64,000 bases of DNA, taken from contig NW_026889752.1 in assembly GCF_033153115.1 (NCBI RefSeq), forward strand, positions 13,268,001 through 13,332,000, written 5' to 3'. The stretch is from Saccostrea echinata (lineage: Eukaryota). The notes below the pieces were generated by a model. The model did not search any database. It saw only the letters and a program-made list of their open reading frames with translations, and was not told where the DNA came from. The position numbers were made by a program, and so were the translations under genes. Numbering within the stretch: the stretch's first letter is position 1; the number at the start of each line of letters is the position of its first letter. Shown here one piece after another: positions 52,380 to 64,000 of this stretch.

Positions 52380-52900
52380 AAAGAAAGAGGGCGTACAAGG
52401 CCAGGACAACCCCCGTTATGAGAGAATATATTTCTCAATCTCAATATTTTTCTAAAATTATGTTTTCAGCATCCTCTTCAACACGTTTGATTCATTTATT
52501 TTATTGAATGACTGATTGATTGATAACTTTTTTTAAAAGTTGACAGTTTAGGATAATTAGTGGTTAATGGGTTTATTAGAGCCACAAAAAATGATTTTTA
52601 AATATGAATGGGTCAAGTCTCCATTCTTCATTAACTTTTAAATGACGGGAAAGTAAATGTAATATATATTTCATGTTTCCAAAAAATGGAGTCTGCACCC
52701 ATTCTATATGAAAATCGAACATTTCTGGAAAAAATTATACGCTTGAACAAACTTGCTTATTAAGTCTGGCACACATCGTAACGTAGTGGTTAACGCGTTC
52801 AGTCTTACGCCTAACCTTGAGCTTTGGAGAGATTTCGAATCACATTTGAAACTTTTTTTCGTTTCACATACCTGCAAAACATAGGTAAATAATAAACAAT
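52380..52900 (-). mobile_element. Truncated inverted copy of the 46036-48500 family
   Basis: Reverse complement of ~47930-48500 (e.g. aatgggtcaagtctccattc vs gaatggagacttgacccatt). Confidence 0.75.
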
Positions 52901-53263
52901 TATACATTCAATTTATACTTGCACATATTGTCGCTGGCAATATGTTGGGTTGAAGTAATAAGGATGATGATAATGATAATTAGATAAGTAAACAAGGAAT
53001 AATGTATACAGAAAATTTTTTGCTCGGAAAATTGTGTCCAGGTATGATATGCCAAGATACCGGATTCTGGATTTATCTGATAATTCGGCATGTTCTTTTT
53101 TCTCGTTATATACATTTGGAGATTAAATGTTAATTTTCTGTTCATTAGTAATTATCTGGATTATATTTTTGTGTGATTTACATGTACTGAAATTATAGAG
53201 GTTGGGGACGACATTTTATAAGTCTCATTAAATCTGCTTCTGTAGAATTTGTATAATTCTGAA

Positions 53264-53819
53264 TAGTCCGAAATATCTGACGTTTTCCAGGCTTTTTTCA
53301 CGATTTTGATATTTTACGTACCAGGAAAACGTCAGAACCGGCGCCATTACGAAAACTGGAAATTTCGCCGTCTCCAAATCGGAGTTGATTTTTGATACCT
53401 GGGAACCGAATTAAATCCCCGTTTTCACAATTTATCAATAGCACAATGCTTCTAGTACTCGACAATATCGATGAAAAGAAAACATCGCTCATCATTTCGA
53501 TACAGGACTTGAAAGATTTTAAAATGCACAAAATGAAAACAAATCTCGACAGTCAGATAAAATGTTTTCATATATTTTATAAACAAACCACAAAAACGAT
53601 GTTGGTGAATACTAAAAGCATTGTACTATTGATAAATTGTGAGTTTGACATTTCATTCGCTTTGCAAGTATCGAAAATCAACCCGAGAATCCGCCTCTGG
53701 TTGGAGGCGGCGAATTCCCAGTTTTCGTAATGGCGCCGGTTCTGATGTTTTCCTGGCACGTAAAATGTAAAAATAGTTAAAAAAAAAAAAGTCAGGAAAA
53801 CGTCAGATATTTCGGACTA
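53264..53819. mobile_element. Long-TIR MITE with 9-bp TSD (Mutator-like)
   Basis: TAGTCCGAAATATCTGACGTTTTCC termini, TIR >100 bp; TSD aattctgaa / aattcttaa. Confidence 0.85.
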
Positions 53820-54550
53820 AATTCTTAAGTGTTTCTTAATTCAGTCATATTGTGAAATTGGTTAAAACTTTTTTAGTGCACTGGATATCAGTGATCCCAT
53901 TGAAAGGGATGAACGTTCTTTCTTTTTAACAAAAAGTGGGTGTTTGCTTGAACTTTCAGAAAGAGAGTGTGAGAGAATTTTCCTATTTTTTATGAATTTA
54001 TATTAATAATGTTATTTGCACTTTTCTTCTCTTCAAAGTATTTCTTGTAATCATGTATATTCCGTCTGCCTCTCTGTGCATATTTTAGTGTGGGTCTCCC
54101 CTCAGAAAATATTTTTCAAAACAATACTTTGGCGACAAAGTTGCAGATGTTCACAGTACATATGATATTATCGCCGCAAACAGTACATGTATGTGCAGAT
54201 GCTTGTGTGTACATTTTATTGTCCATTCTGCAGGAGGAAAAAAAGGCTCGTCTCGGTACCTATTGCCGGTAACAATATTTATCGATGGGACGACAATTAA
54301 TACGTGCAGCGAGGGTAGGTACAAATTGTTTTGGCGACATGTGCAGAGCGACAATATGCACCGTCACAAGCCTGGGTATACCGTGAACAAAACTGTGTGA
54401 ATTGTAACAATAAGTTGTGACACGATTGCGGTGTTTTTCTTTGAAGTTTGCTGTTCTGTATTAGCAATACAGAACGAGACTACAGTGGGCGGAGCTACTT
54501 TCCGTTCTGTCTTAGCCCTGTTTACTGTCTTGTATTAGCGAACTGTTCTG

Positions 54551-54853
54551 GGTTTTTTTTTTTGTATGTTGTTTAACGTCCCTCTCGAGAATTTTTCACT
54601 CATATGGAGACGCCACCACTTGCCGGTGGAGAGCTGCAAATTTTGTCCTATACTCGGCACTTACGGCCATTGAGCAGTGAGGGGTCTTTTTCGTGCCAGC
54701 ACCTACTGCGACACGGGACCTCGGTTTATACGGTCTCATCCGAAGGACCGGTCTCCACGTCCCATAGTGGGATTCGAACCCGCGACGTAAGGATCAACTC
54801 CTTACTTCGCGACTCTAGAGCAAACGCTCTAACCACTGCGCCACGCGGGCGAC
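54551..54853 (-). mobile_element. tRNA-derived SINE
   Basis: Minus-strand head with A box TGGCGCAGTGG and B box GGTTCGAATCC, a central conserved body and an A-rich tail. TSD gcgaactgttctg / gccaattgttctg. Confidence 0.85.
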
Positions 54854-54929
54854 GCCAATTGTTCTGTATCTAAAATACAGCAAGGTGTAAAAATAAATCT
54901 GATTCAATTATCAAAAGCACCTATAAATA

Positions 54930-55481
54930 TTGTCCGAAATATCTGATGTTTTCCTGGCTTTTTTTTACGATTTTGATATCTTACGTGCCAGGAAAACGTC
55001 AGAACCGGCGCCATTACGAAAACTGGAAATTCGCCGCCTCCAACCGGAGGCGGCATTCTCGGGTTGATTTTCGATACTTAGGAAACCGAATTAAATATCA
55101 AACTCACAACTTATCAATAGTACAATACTTTTAGTGCTCACCAACATCGTTTTTTATGGTTTGTTTATAAAATATACCATCTGATGAAAACATTTTATCT
55201 GATTGTCGAGATTTGTTTTTCATTTCGTGCATTTTAAAATCTTGCAAGTCCTGTATCGAAATGTGGAGTGATGTTTTCTTTTGGTGAGTACCTTAGAAGC
55301 ATTGTGCTATCGATAAATTGTGAGCTCGGCATTTAATTCGGTTTGCAAGTATCGAAAATAAACTCCGGTTGGAGAAGGCGAAATTTCCACTTTTCTTAAT
55401 TGCGCCGGTTCTGACGTTTTCCTGGCACGTAAAATATCAAAATCGTAAAAAAGTAAGGAAAACGTCAGATATTTCGGACTA
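54930..55481. mobile_element. Second copy of the 53264 MITE, opposite orientation
   Basis: Same TIRs; TSD ctataaata / gtataaaca. Confidence 0.85.
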
Positions 55482-56250
55482 GTATAAACAGTAAATGCTG
55501 ATTTTTTTCCTATTATAAATTTTGAAGAAATATTTCCTTAGGAATGTAAAATATCAAAATTTCTTAATCACTTTTAAAAAATTATTCCACACAGAATTTA
55601 CACGTTATTTCGATCCAAACGAAAAGGAAAATTCGCAATTATGGAAAACATCCTATGTTGGATAAATTCCTGAAAACCTATTTGCTTTCCCTGCTTTTTG
55701 TGTCCCCTTCAAAATAGTAAAGCCAATGGGTTCGCGGATGCAGCATATACATTACGTGAAATTCGCACCCCCTCCCCCCATTTTCCACCCTTCTCGTGCA
55801 AACTCAATCAAGTCCATTTTTCAGGTTTTTTTTCTTAATTTCATCTTAAATCCTTATCGCTGACGACTGCCGCACATCTCTTTCACTTCGTTTTTTATGT
55901 CGCATTTCAATAAGAAAATAAAAATCCGTAACATCAAACTCCATCGAAAAACTGTCTGTATCGCCTGTATGTGTATCTATATTTTAAGACCCCTGAAATA
56001 AATTAGGATCAATCTCCATCTACAACAAGGTTAAATCGTCCACCTTATCAATTAAGACTGACTTCAAGTCTGTTACGTCTACCCCGTTGTCAAAACTAAT
56101 CTGACTAAATCTTACGTTGTCCGTGGAAATATATATACTGCGGATGTATACTCCCCGTCGAGGCCTAATCTACAACTCTGGCGGAAGTTTGGATGCTGCA
56201 CAGCTATGAAGTGGGCGGTGCTTTTTTTTTTATTGATCGTGTCACAAATC

Positions 56251-56371
56251 ATTTAGAGAACTCGACAGGTTCTGTGTCGTAGGTACAAATTTGGGGGTGG
56301 AGACTCGTGCTACGCACTCGTCCACCCCCAAATTTGTATCTACGATACAGTACCTGTCTCGTTCTCTAAAT
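56251..56371. mobile_element. Foldback MITE (~120 bp)
   Basis: atttagagaac..caaatttgggggtgga / tccacccccaaatttg..gttctctaaat. Confidence 0.8.
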
Positions 56372-58754
56372 AATACATTCAAAATAAATTTATGATCAAA
56401 TCAAGTACAAATGAGTTTTAGAAGCTCACAATATCAGTCCAGGGTAGTTTATAAAGGATTTTTTCAACTGTTTACATATTTCTGAAAGTGGTTGTTTTTT
56501 TAAATACTTAAAATAAATGGCACTGTACTCGGGAACCTGTATCATCAACTTACTGAAGATTAAAAAATTAAAATTACATAATTTGTCCACAAACTGTAAG
56601 GTCAACCTTGACCTTTCCATTTGGTCAGTCCATGACTTTTGTCCTGCTAGTTGAGGTCTGAGGATCAAGTGCTGCAGCACTCATCTTACTGCAAGAAAAT
56701 GGCAACATCCTACTGACACAAGAACTATGCAATTATTTTCTTTATCAAAGGAGAGAAAAACAAAATGTTAGAATCTAAATAAAAATCAGTTTATTCCATA
56801 TCTTAGAATACAAAACTTAAAGATGATCACATTTACTTCTCAATTATAAACTGTATCATACAAACAATTTGATTTTGACGGATAACTTTTTGTCAACACA
56901 CTCTTACTCATGTAATTGTAGTGATAAAATATAAATGTAATTGTAGTGATAAAAATAAATGTGACAAGAGACAAGCCATTTAATAACTCCTAAACATGAA
57001 GTCCAGGCTGGTTATTCATATTACGATATGAATTACTGCATGTGTCATGGTTAAGCATATACAAGTATATTTATATGCACAGTAACCTACAAGTCAATAA
57101 TTTTGGAAATCTACACAATTTATCATAACTACTGAATCAAAAGCTTGGAAAACATCATAGCTAAGCAAAAGTATGACTGTTAAGAAATGATCTAATAATA
57201 GTATGTATTGGTGAAAAAGAAATGCCCCAGCGGCGCTCAATTACTGCAAACTCATCATATAAAATGTAAAATCTCCATCACCTATGCAGTTACATTTGAC
57301 CTTTGCAGAGAGATCAACAGATCAAATTTTAAAATGCTGTTATGAATGTAAAATGAGCAGCGACTAGCTTTTTTTTTTTATAGGGAATACATATCAGCCC
57401 CTGCCTGTCTGACTTACACCACCATTATAATGTGACTGGATTGTGACATTATTTCAAATACATCTTAAAGTGTAGTCGGATATAAAGAACATAGACCAAA
57501 TTTTTGTTCGTGTCAACATTTAAATACCAACAAAGTTTTAAAATTAACAACCTCTGCATTATTTTTAAGAAAACACATTTGTTGAACTAATACCCATGCA
57601 CTATACATCTACAAATGATGTATAGTGCTGACCACTGCTATCTCAGATATTACAGAGATCAGAGGCATTCTGACTCAAAATAAAATCAAAACTTCTGATA
57701 ACAAGATTAATTAAAAAAAACTTCTGTCACATCCAAAACAACTCGCTCCAGTATGACATCCCTCTATGAATGTAAGCAGTCAACCAGAAAATACAAGCAC
57801 TCTTGGAAGAATGAATTAGGTGTATGATGACATTAGGTGTATCAAGACACCAGGTGTATAATGATACTACTACGAAAGAATAAAGATGGACTGAAATATT
57901 GAATGTTAGTAACTGGAATGTTTGTCCCTGCCAAAATCTATATGAAAAACTTCGTGTGGTGTCATTCATTAGGAATTAAATATTCAACAACTGGAGTCTA
58001 TTATGTCTTTAAGATTTATATAACCAAATTATCTGTCAAACTTTGAATTAAAATTATATCTCTAATCTGGAGTACTTAATAGAAGTATATGCTTAATTTA
58101 AAAAAAAAAAAAATTCTTGTTCAAAAATTTGTTCCACTACATGCAAAAAGCTTTATAAGCTTAAAGTGAAATAGTTTACATAGTTATATGTATTCTTACA
58201 TACACTGGAGATACAATATAGTAACTGCAATCTGCTAAATTTGGTAAATTCTATTCATGATCTTTTATTGAATTTTTTTCCCAAATTATGGATTTGGTTT
58301 TGTTTCATAAATTTCTTTCATGAAAAAGTAAAACATATTAGATGATTTTTAAAGCATTACGCAGATTTAGCCCTCACTTTTACAACAATAAATCTGTATT
58401 TTAGCAATAAACAGAACCTGATTTTAAATATTATATAACTTTCATAAATTTGTTCCACAATCTAAGTGACAAAACATTATCAATAAATTACAATATACAT
58501 GATATATATGGCTGTACTTAGAGTACATCCTATGTCAATTTTTCAAACAGCACACATAAATATATTTGCAATCATAATCATTAATGTGCTTTTTTTGGTC
58601 ACATGCATAATACATCTTCTCTACACACACAACAAAATTCATATAATAAAATCCAACTAAATTATCACATAACGTAAACAGACAGGAAGCATTCCCAGAT
58701 ACAATATACAAAGTAAGGTTCAGTGGATTTCATATGTAAATTGTCAAGGTGTAA

Positions 58755-61700
58755 TCATGTGTTAAATGATTGCTGTTGTGTTTGACTCCCAGAATTGCTG
58801 TAAGGATCTCTGCTGCTCCAGCGACCCCCCTCTGATACATCTGTGTATGTCACACTTAGCGGATGCTGGGAATCTTTATATCCTATGACTGAACTGTTCC
58901 CTGTAAGAAGGTAAAACGTATTAAAAGTTCCATCTGACTGACAAATAAGTGCCAATACACTCTTCAACATAGGTTTTAAGTAACCACACAAAATAAACTG
59001 GACTTCATTTTGGTTAATTATGATCTATTATGATAGAAGAACAAAAACATAACTGTGTTAGTAGCAGAACTGCATTTATGTATTTTTTTAACCAAGAAAT
59101 TGACAAGGGGACATTAAAACCCTCTCTACACAGTTTATAAAAAGGTTATTGCATATTACATGTAAACCAAACATAAAATGTATAAATGCAAAACTGAACT
59201 TTTAAATCAATCTCATATCTACATGCTTGTAATTTCTCCAAAACATTACATACTAGCTTTCAAGAAAAAAAAAAGTCACCCTGAAAAATTTTATAAAGAA
59301 AAACATTTTTGAAACAAAATTTTCCTTCTTTTCTCAACAGCTGTTCAGGTCAAATCTTCTCTAACTCAAGAATTTTCTGTTTCCCTAAAATATTACACAC
59401 TTCTTTGAAATTTGATTTCCTACTTGTTCTGCCAGTGAGTGATAGTTGGTAAATGACTGTGGTCTTTGGGTATTACAAATTTTCTATTCATATATTACCA
59501 TATGAGTTTAAATTTGTAGTCAAGTAAACAAAAAGAGATAAAATCACACAGATTTGCTTATACATGTCTATATAAAACTATCCATTAATTGATTAAATTT
59601 TTGTGTATTTCACAAGCATGATAGTTACAACAAACATCACAAAAACTCTTTAAAATATCTGCCTGCTGAGACACAGAAAAGAATAAAAGTCCTACAGCAA
59701 GTCTACAGACTCTGGGGGATTTCTATATATATATGTGGATGTATAATTATTATAAATCAAAACAAAAAAATCATATACATAAAACTTAATAAATATGTGA
59801 TGCTATATTAAACAATAGAGAAAAAAATAATATTCTACAACTTTCACATGAAAGAAAAACTTTTCTTCTAAGCACAAAAAAGCATGAAAACATCAAATAA
59901 AAGCAATATAAAATACTATGATAATACATGTATATATTTTTGGGGGCCTTGATAGTCATCAGAGTATCATGAACACATATCATATGATCAAATTAGCCCC
60001 ATCTTGGACTAAAACTCTGTATAAATGTAACATACATTGCACAGTATTGGTAGATGACTTCTTGTTCATCCATAAAATGCAGTAATACATCTATGATGAG
60101 GGATCAGTAGTAAGGAGATTTTCAAAGATAATGCATTTTCAATGTCTCATCCCCACCCTGAATCCTGCAATCTCGACCCATGGACCATAAATTTCACAAT
60201 CCTTTGTATTCATATCAAGAACTGAAGAGAAAAATTTATGTAAAATGCCCTTTCAAGATGTGATCAATTTATTTCCATTTTAGGGATTGGTAGAGGAGTT
60301 AAAGCAATCTTATTCCCTGCTAGATGTAACAGTAAAGAATGCATTATCAACACATGATTAACTTTGCCCCAATCTGAGGCTAAAATGATGGACCCAGGGG
60401 TCAAGAATTTTACAATTTTGGTAGATGCTTATTACAACAGTGCTAATTATGATAACAGTTTGCCTGCTAGATCTCCAGGAGTAAAGAAAATTTTGTTGAC
60501 TCTTTTTTTTTTCCTTTTGGCTCCACCCCACAGCCCCAAAGGACAGAGACTATGAATATTTCATGCCTTTATGTTCCTATTTACCAACAATAAAACGGAT
60601 GGAAACACACAGCAACAGGTCAACTGACTGACTCAGGTGACCTAAAACTAAACACATCAAGGTTTGCAACTACTACTGCCTTTTGAACCCAAACTGATGT
60701 GGAACTGTAAAGCCACAGTAGGGGTGCGTGACTACTCACCTACCACCCCATTACCAAAGCAGTGACAAGTTAGGGGTGATGCAGGGCTGGAAGGAAATTG
60801 TTTATAATTAGCACTTGTTTATCTCATCTACTGTTATATTTTGATTTCCATCATTTCAGATTCTGTTTATAGAAATTTCTACATCTATTAGAGTTTTCAT
60901 TCAGTCAAGGAATTTAGATATACTTTAAAATATGTCCAAATTCTCTCCCCCCCCCCCCCTCCCCCCTTTTAATTACCGGTAATATTGGTGTGTGTAACTA
61001 TTTTTCCAAAAATTTGATCCAAATGTAAACTTTTATAATGAAGATCATGAAACTTCTAGTGTTAAGCAAAATTTAAATTCACAGAGGACCCACAACTGCC
61101 CTTATAACTGATTTGTGAGGACCATTACATAACTTACCATTCTGATAAGTCAGCTGTGTCATTGTCGTATTCCACAGGGGATTTTTACCCACTGTTACAA
61201 GCAGCATTAATAAAAGAACTCATCTTAGGAACTTAGTCATAAAATCTAGCATTCACTGATGAGCTACGATTTTTATACACTGTATGATTCTCTCATCAAG
61301 AATGGCATTTCACTACTACAAAGTAATCTCATTGGGTTTTAGTATTATACTCTGCTATTTGTGAAAAATCTTCAGAATACCAATAAACATGAAGTGATGC
61401 ACACTATGTTTAAGGACCCTCTATACACTACAAATTAAAGAGTTCTAATTCAGTGGTATTTCTATGCAGTTAGAGTGATCTGCCCTTTGATCTAAAATAA
61501 AACAGAAATCTCCAGTGCATTACTCAATTTGAAACCAATTCACCATTCATAACTTTTTATCAGACTACCAGGTAAGATATATTTATTTTATCAGACCAAG
61601 ATATATTAATTGTACACTTTATTTACGTGTAATTTTCCCCTCTAAGTAAGAAAAAGTGATTTTTGTTCACTGTTACTTAGTTGTCCTTGAACATTTTTCC

Positions 61701-63514
61701 TGAGGGTAAATGGCTGGTACCCTATGTTCAAAAATGAAATAGGTGATCTCAGAATTTACACCCTTATATGATAATTTTCTTAATGTCCAAAAGAAACCCC
61801 CATTTTTCAGCAGTGTATAGAGGGCTGTTAAGTCAATAAGAATTCAATTTAAAACCCAACATACAGAGATAAGATTTGTGACATGGTATACAGTGACACT
61901 ATATGATACAAGTCCTAGGACACCGACAGACCTACCATTGGTGGGCGGGAGTCGGCTGTTGATTGACCCGTCCGCTGTCTGGTAACTTATCATCTGTTTC
62001 ATCACCGGTCCCGTGCCATTACTTCCTGTCACATGGTTACCGGTGTTTGTTCCCACATTGTTAGTCTGTGAACAGTGACAAAGGTTTGTTAGTATTTGTG
62101 TACAAATGTTCAAAGGCAACAAAAGTTATTCCTTTTGTGTCATATAAATACCTTTTCAATTTACAATTTAATGAGCAATATCTTTTAGCCTATTCTACAT
62201 TGAGACTTTTTATTTATGATACCTAGGTATATCATGTTATCACTAATTAATCTTTTCATTTAGAAAACATGTCATTTCATGGAGAAAGCTACAGAAATTT
62301 ATGTTCTTATTAACGTCTTTCATCGAATTCAACAACAATCCTCCGAACCCCTTGAAATGAAGCCTACTCTCAAAAACACTATACTCTTGAACACGTAAAC
62401 TGGGCCTCATTCATTTTCTGATATGTCATCTCATAGTTACCTAATATAAATTAATATTCCTTTACAAAATATAGAGCTTACATGTAAAAGTATAAGTACA
62501 TATGTATAGGATTTAAAACTTCCATTCATTAACATTCTTTTACATTAGTTATAACATGTATTTAACTTTAACAATGTTATAATATTACAATACATGTAAT
62601 ATTATTCAAAACTTTAAAACTAAAGTTAATTCATAAAATACCCTAATAACAAGAAATATATTGTTTATCTAATAAAAACGTCTACCTATTAGCATTTATG
62701 AAAGGGGAATAACTCATTGACATTTGTTTTCAACTTGGAAAAACAGAAAATTGAGTTATTTCCCTTTTCAATACGTTGATAAAATTGATCAATGTGACAG
62801 TTTTTGACCTGATGTGGCGGTGCCTGAGAAACTTTTTAGTAATTTTTTTTGCCCTAAGTAATATATCAGACGAATAAATGGATGTACTGATCACTACAGG
62901 ACACCTGTATAGTGGAACCCTGGTGAAATATGTACTTTTTAAAAATCATGAATATTTTGCCCATATCATTTTACGTGAAATAATTGTGTAATACAAACTA
63001 TTGCTACTACAACTATGCAAGAAGTCAGAGTTCTACATTAGAGTTAATAATTTTGTACTATTTGTGGTTGCAGTACTTTGCTCTATGTGTGCATTAGCTA
63101 TTTGGTGATGATAGTGCTGGTCAGTACAAGCTCACACCTTAGTATTGTTAGTAGATCCATAATATTCATGTTTAACATTGACTGCATTACTCTCTTTGCC
63201 AGTAGAAGCATTTACCCCTTGTGACTGTGAACTGTCAGGGATGACAAAACCTCGACGGTCTAACAGACTGAAAAATAAACACTCTAGTTAGACCAGGAAC
63301 ACACCTTAAAACTTAATAAGTCAATGATATTTTTCCTCCACTGTCAGTTATTTTTTTCAACAAATAAATAGTTCAGTAGCGTTAGTCTACTGCAGACCCC
63401 TTACCTTGGGGGAGTAGGACCACACAAAACACCCAGGCAGTTTCTAAATATAGATCCCTGACTGAAGGGGTTGAAATTGTCCTGCCCTCTCTTTGCAGAG
63501 TAGGAGCCTTTTAT
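58755..63514 (-). CDS. 3' exons of a DHHC palmitoyltransferase, ZDHHC9/14/18 (Erf2) subfamily; the 5' part lies beyond the window
   Basis: Exon 63514-63405 IKGSYSAKRGQDNFNPFSQGSIFRNCLGVLCGPTPP and exon 63267-63138 SLLDRRGFV match the post-TTxE tail of ZDHHC14/18. Further phase-compatible exons 62065-61936, 61191-61138 and 58900-58755 (stop) are less certain. Confidence 0.75.
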
Positions 63515-63666
63515 CTGAAAAATCAAACAACAGAATAGTTAATCACATCCTAAAATAACTGAACAGTTAATCAATATCAGAAAATAAAACAAGAAAATGT
63601 TTGATCACATCAAAGTAAGGATTTCATGATGACCTGTGATATAATGAATTGAAAAACACACTAATA

Positions 63667-63835
63667 CAGTCAAACCTAGTTTTCTCAAACTCCATGGGAC
63701 TGAGAAAAAACTTTGAGATATCTGAGAATTCAAGATATCAAGGATAAAATACTAAAGGAATATGTGGTTGGGACTTCCAAGTCACTTCGACATATCCATG
63801 GTACTTAAGATATCAGTGTTCGAGATACCGAACTG
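63667..63835. mobile_element. TA-flanked MITE (same family as 10714-10888)
   Basis: tacagtcaaacc..gggactgagaaaaaactttgagata..ttcgagataccgaactgta. Confidence 0.7.
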
Positions 63836-64000
63836 TATATGAATATAAATATCTCATTGTATGATATGGCTTTCATTGATAAATTGCAAGTATGTCATGG
63901 GTTCAAAATGCTAGCTAGGTTATAGATTGTCATTTAATAAATTTTTCTGAGAATTACAGATTTTTTAGACTTGAGTCTGAAACTGTGAATAATCAATTAA

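Noticed and set aside
54355-54385. Twister-ribozyme-like ccgtcacaagcctggg
   Set aside because: Lacks the downstream GAGGG and upstream UAA/pseudoknot partners.
54770-54853. Functional tRNA gene
   Set aside because: It is the head of a SINE with body, tail and TSD; the cloverleaf is not intact.
60740-60786. Candidate ZDHHC exon with good splice signals
   Set aside because: 47 nt with an in-frame TAA after four codons; at best a poison exon, so it is left out of the model.

Overview
AT-rich eukaryotic genomic DNA with spliceosomal introns. The repeat complement (Helentron/HINE-type elements, Penelope-like RT fragments, a tRNA SINE, many MITEs) points to a bivalve, probably an oyster; this is an inference. 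The main feature is an apparently intact ~9.9 kb ISL2EU (PIF/Harbinger-related) DNA transposon at 2791-12675, with 12-bp TIRs GGGGTGGCAAAA and an AT target-site duplication. It carries two convergent, spliced genes with open frames: a THAP-HTH-DDE transposase (minus strand, 4 exons, ~495 aa) and a SAP-like/SWIM/YqaJ (lambda-exonuclease fold) nuclease (plus strand, 7 exons, ~545 aa). At least six smaller elements are nested in its non-coding parts, and a second ~115-bp inverted repeat pair brackets it further out. Host genes are: a prostanoid-receptor-like GPCR with a decayed upstream partial duplicate; two single-exon orphan ORFs; a head-to-head pair of Cys-rich type-I membrane proteins; and the 3' exons of a ZDHHC9/14/18-type palmitoyltransferase. 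Other notable items are a 28S rRNA fragment embedded in a Penelope-like RT, a transposon with RFX X-box palindromes spaced ~175 bp apart, and several perfect hairpins. All gene models were spliced by hand from GT-AG signals and frame continuity, and no database searches were run.
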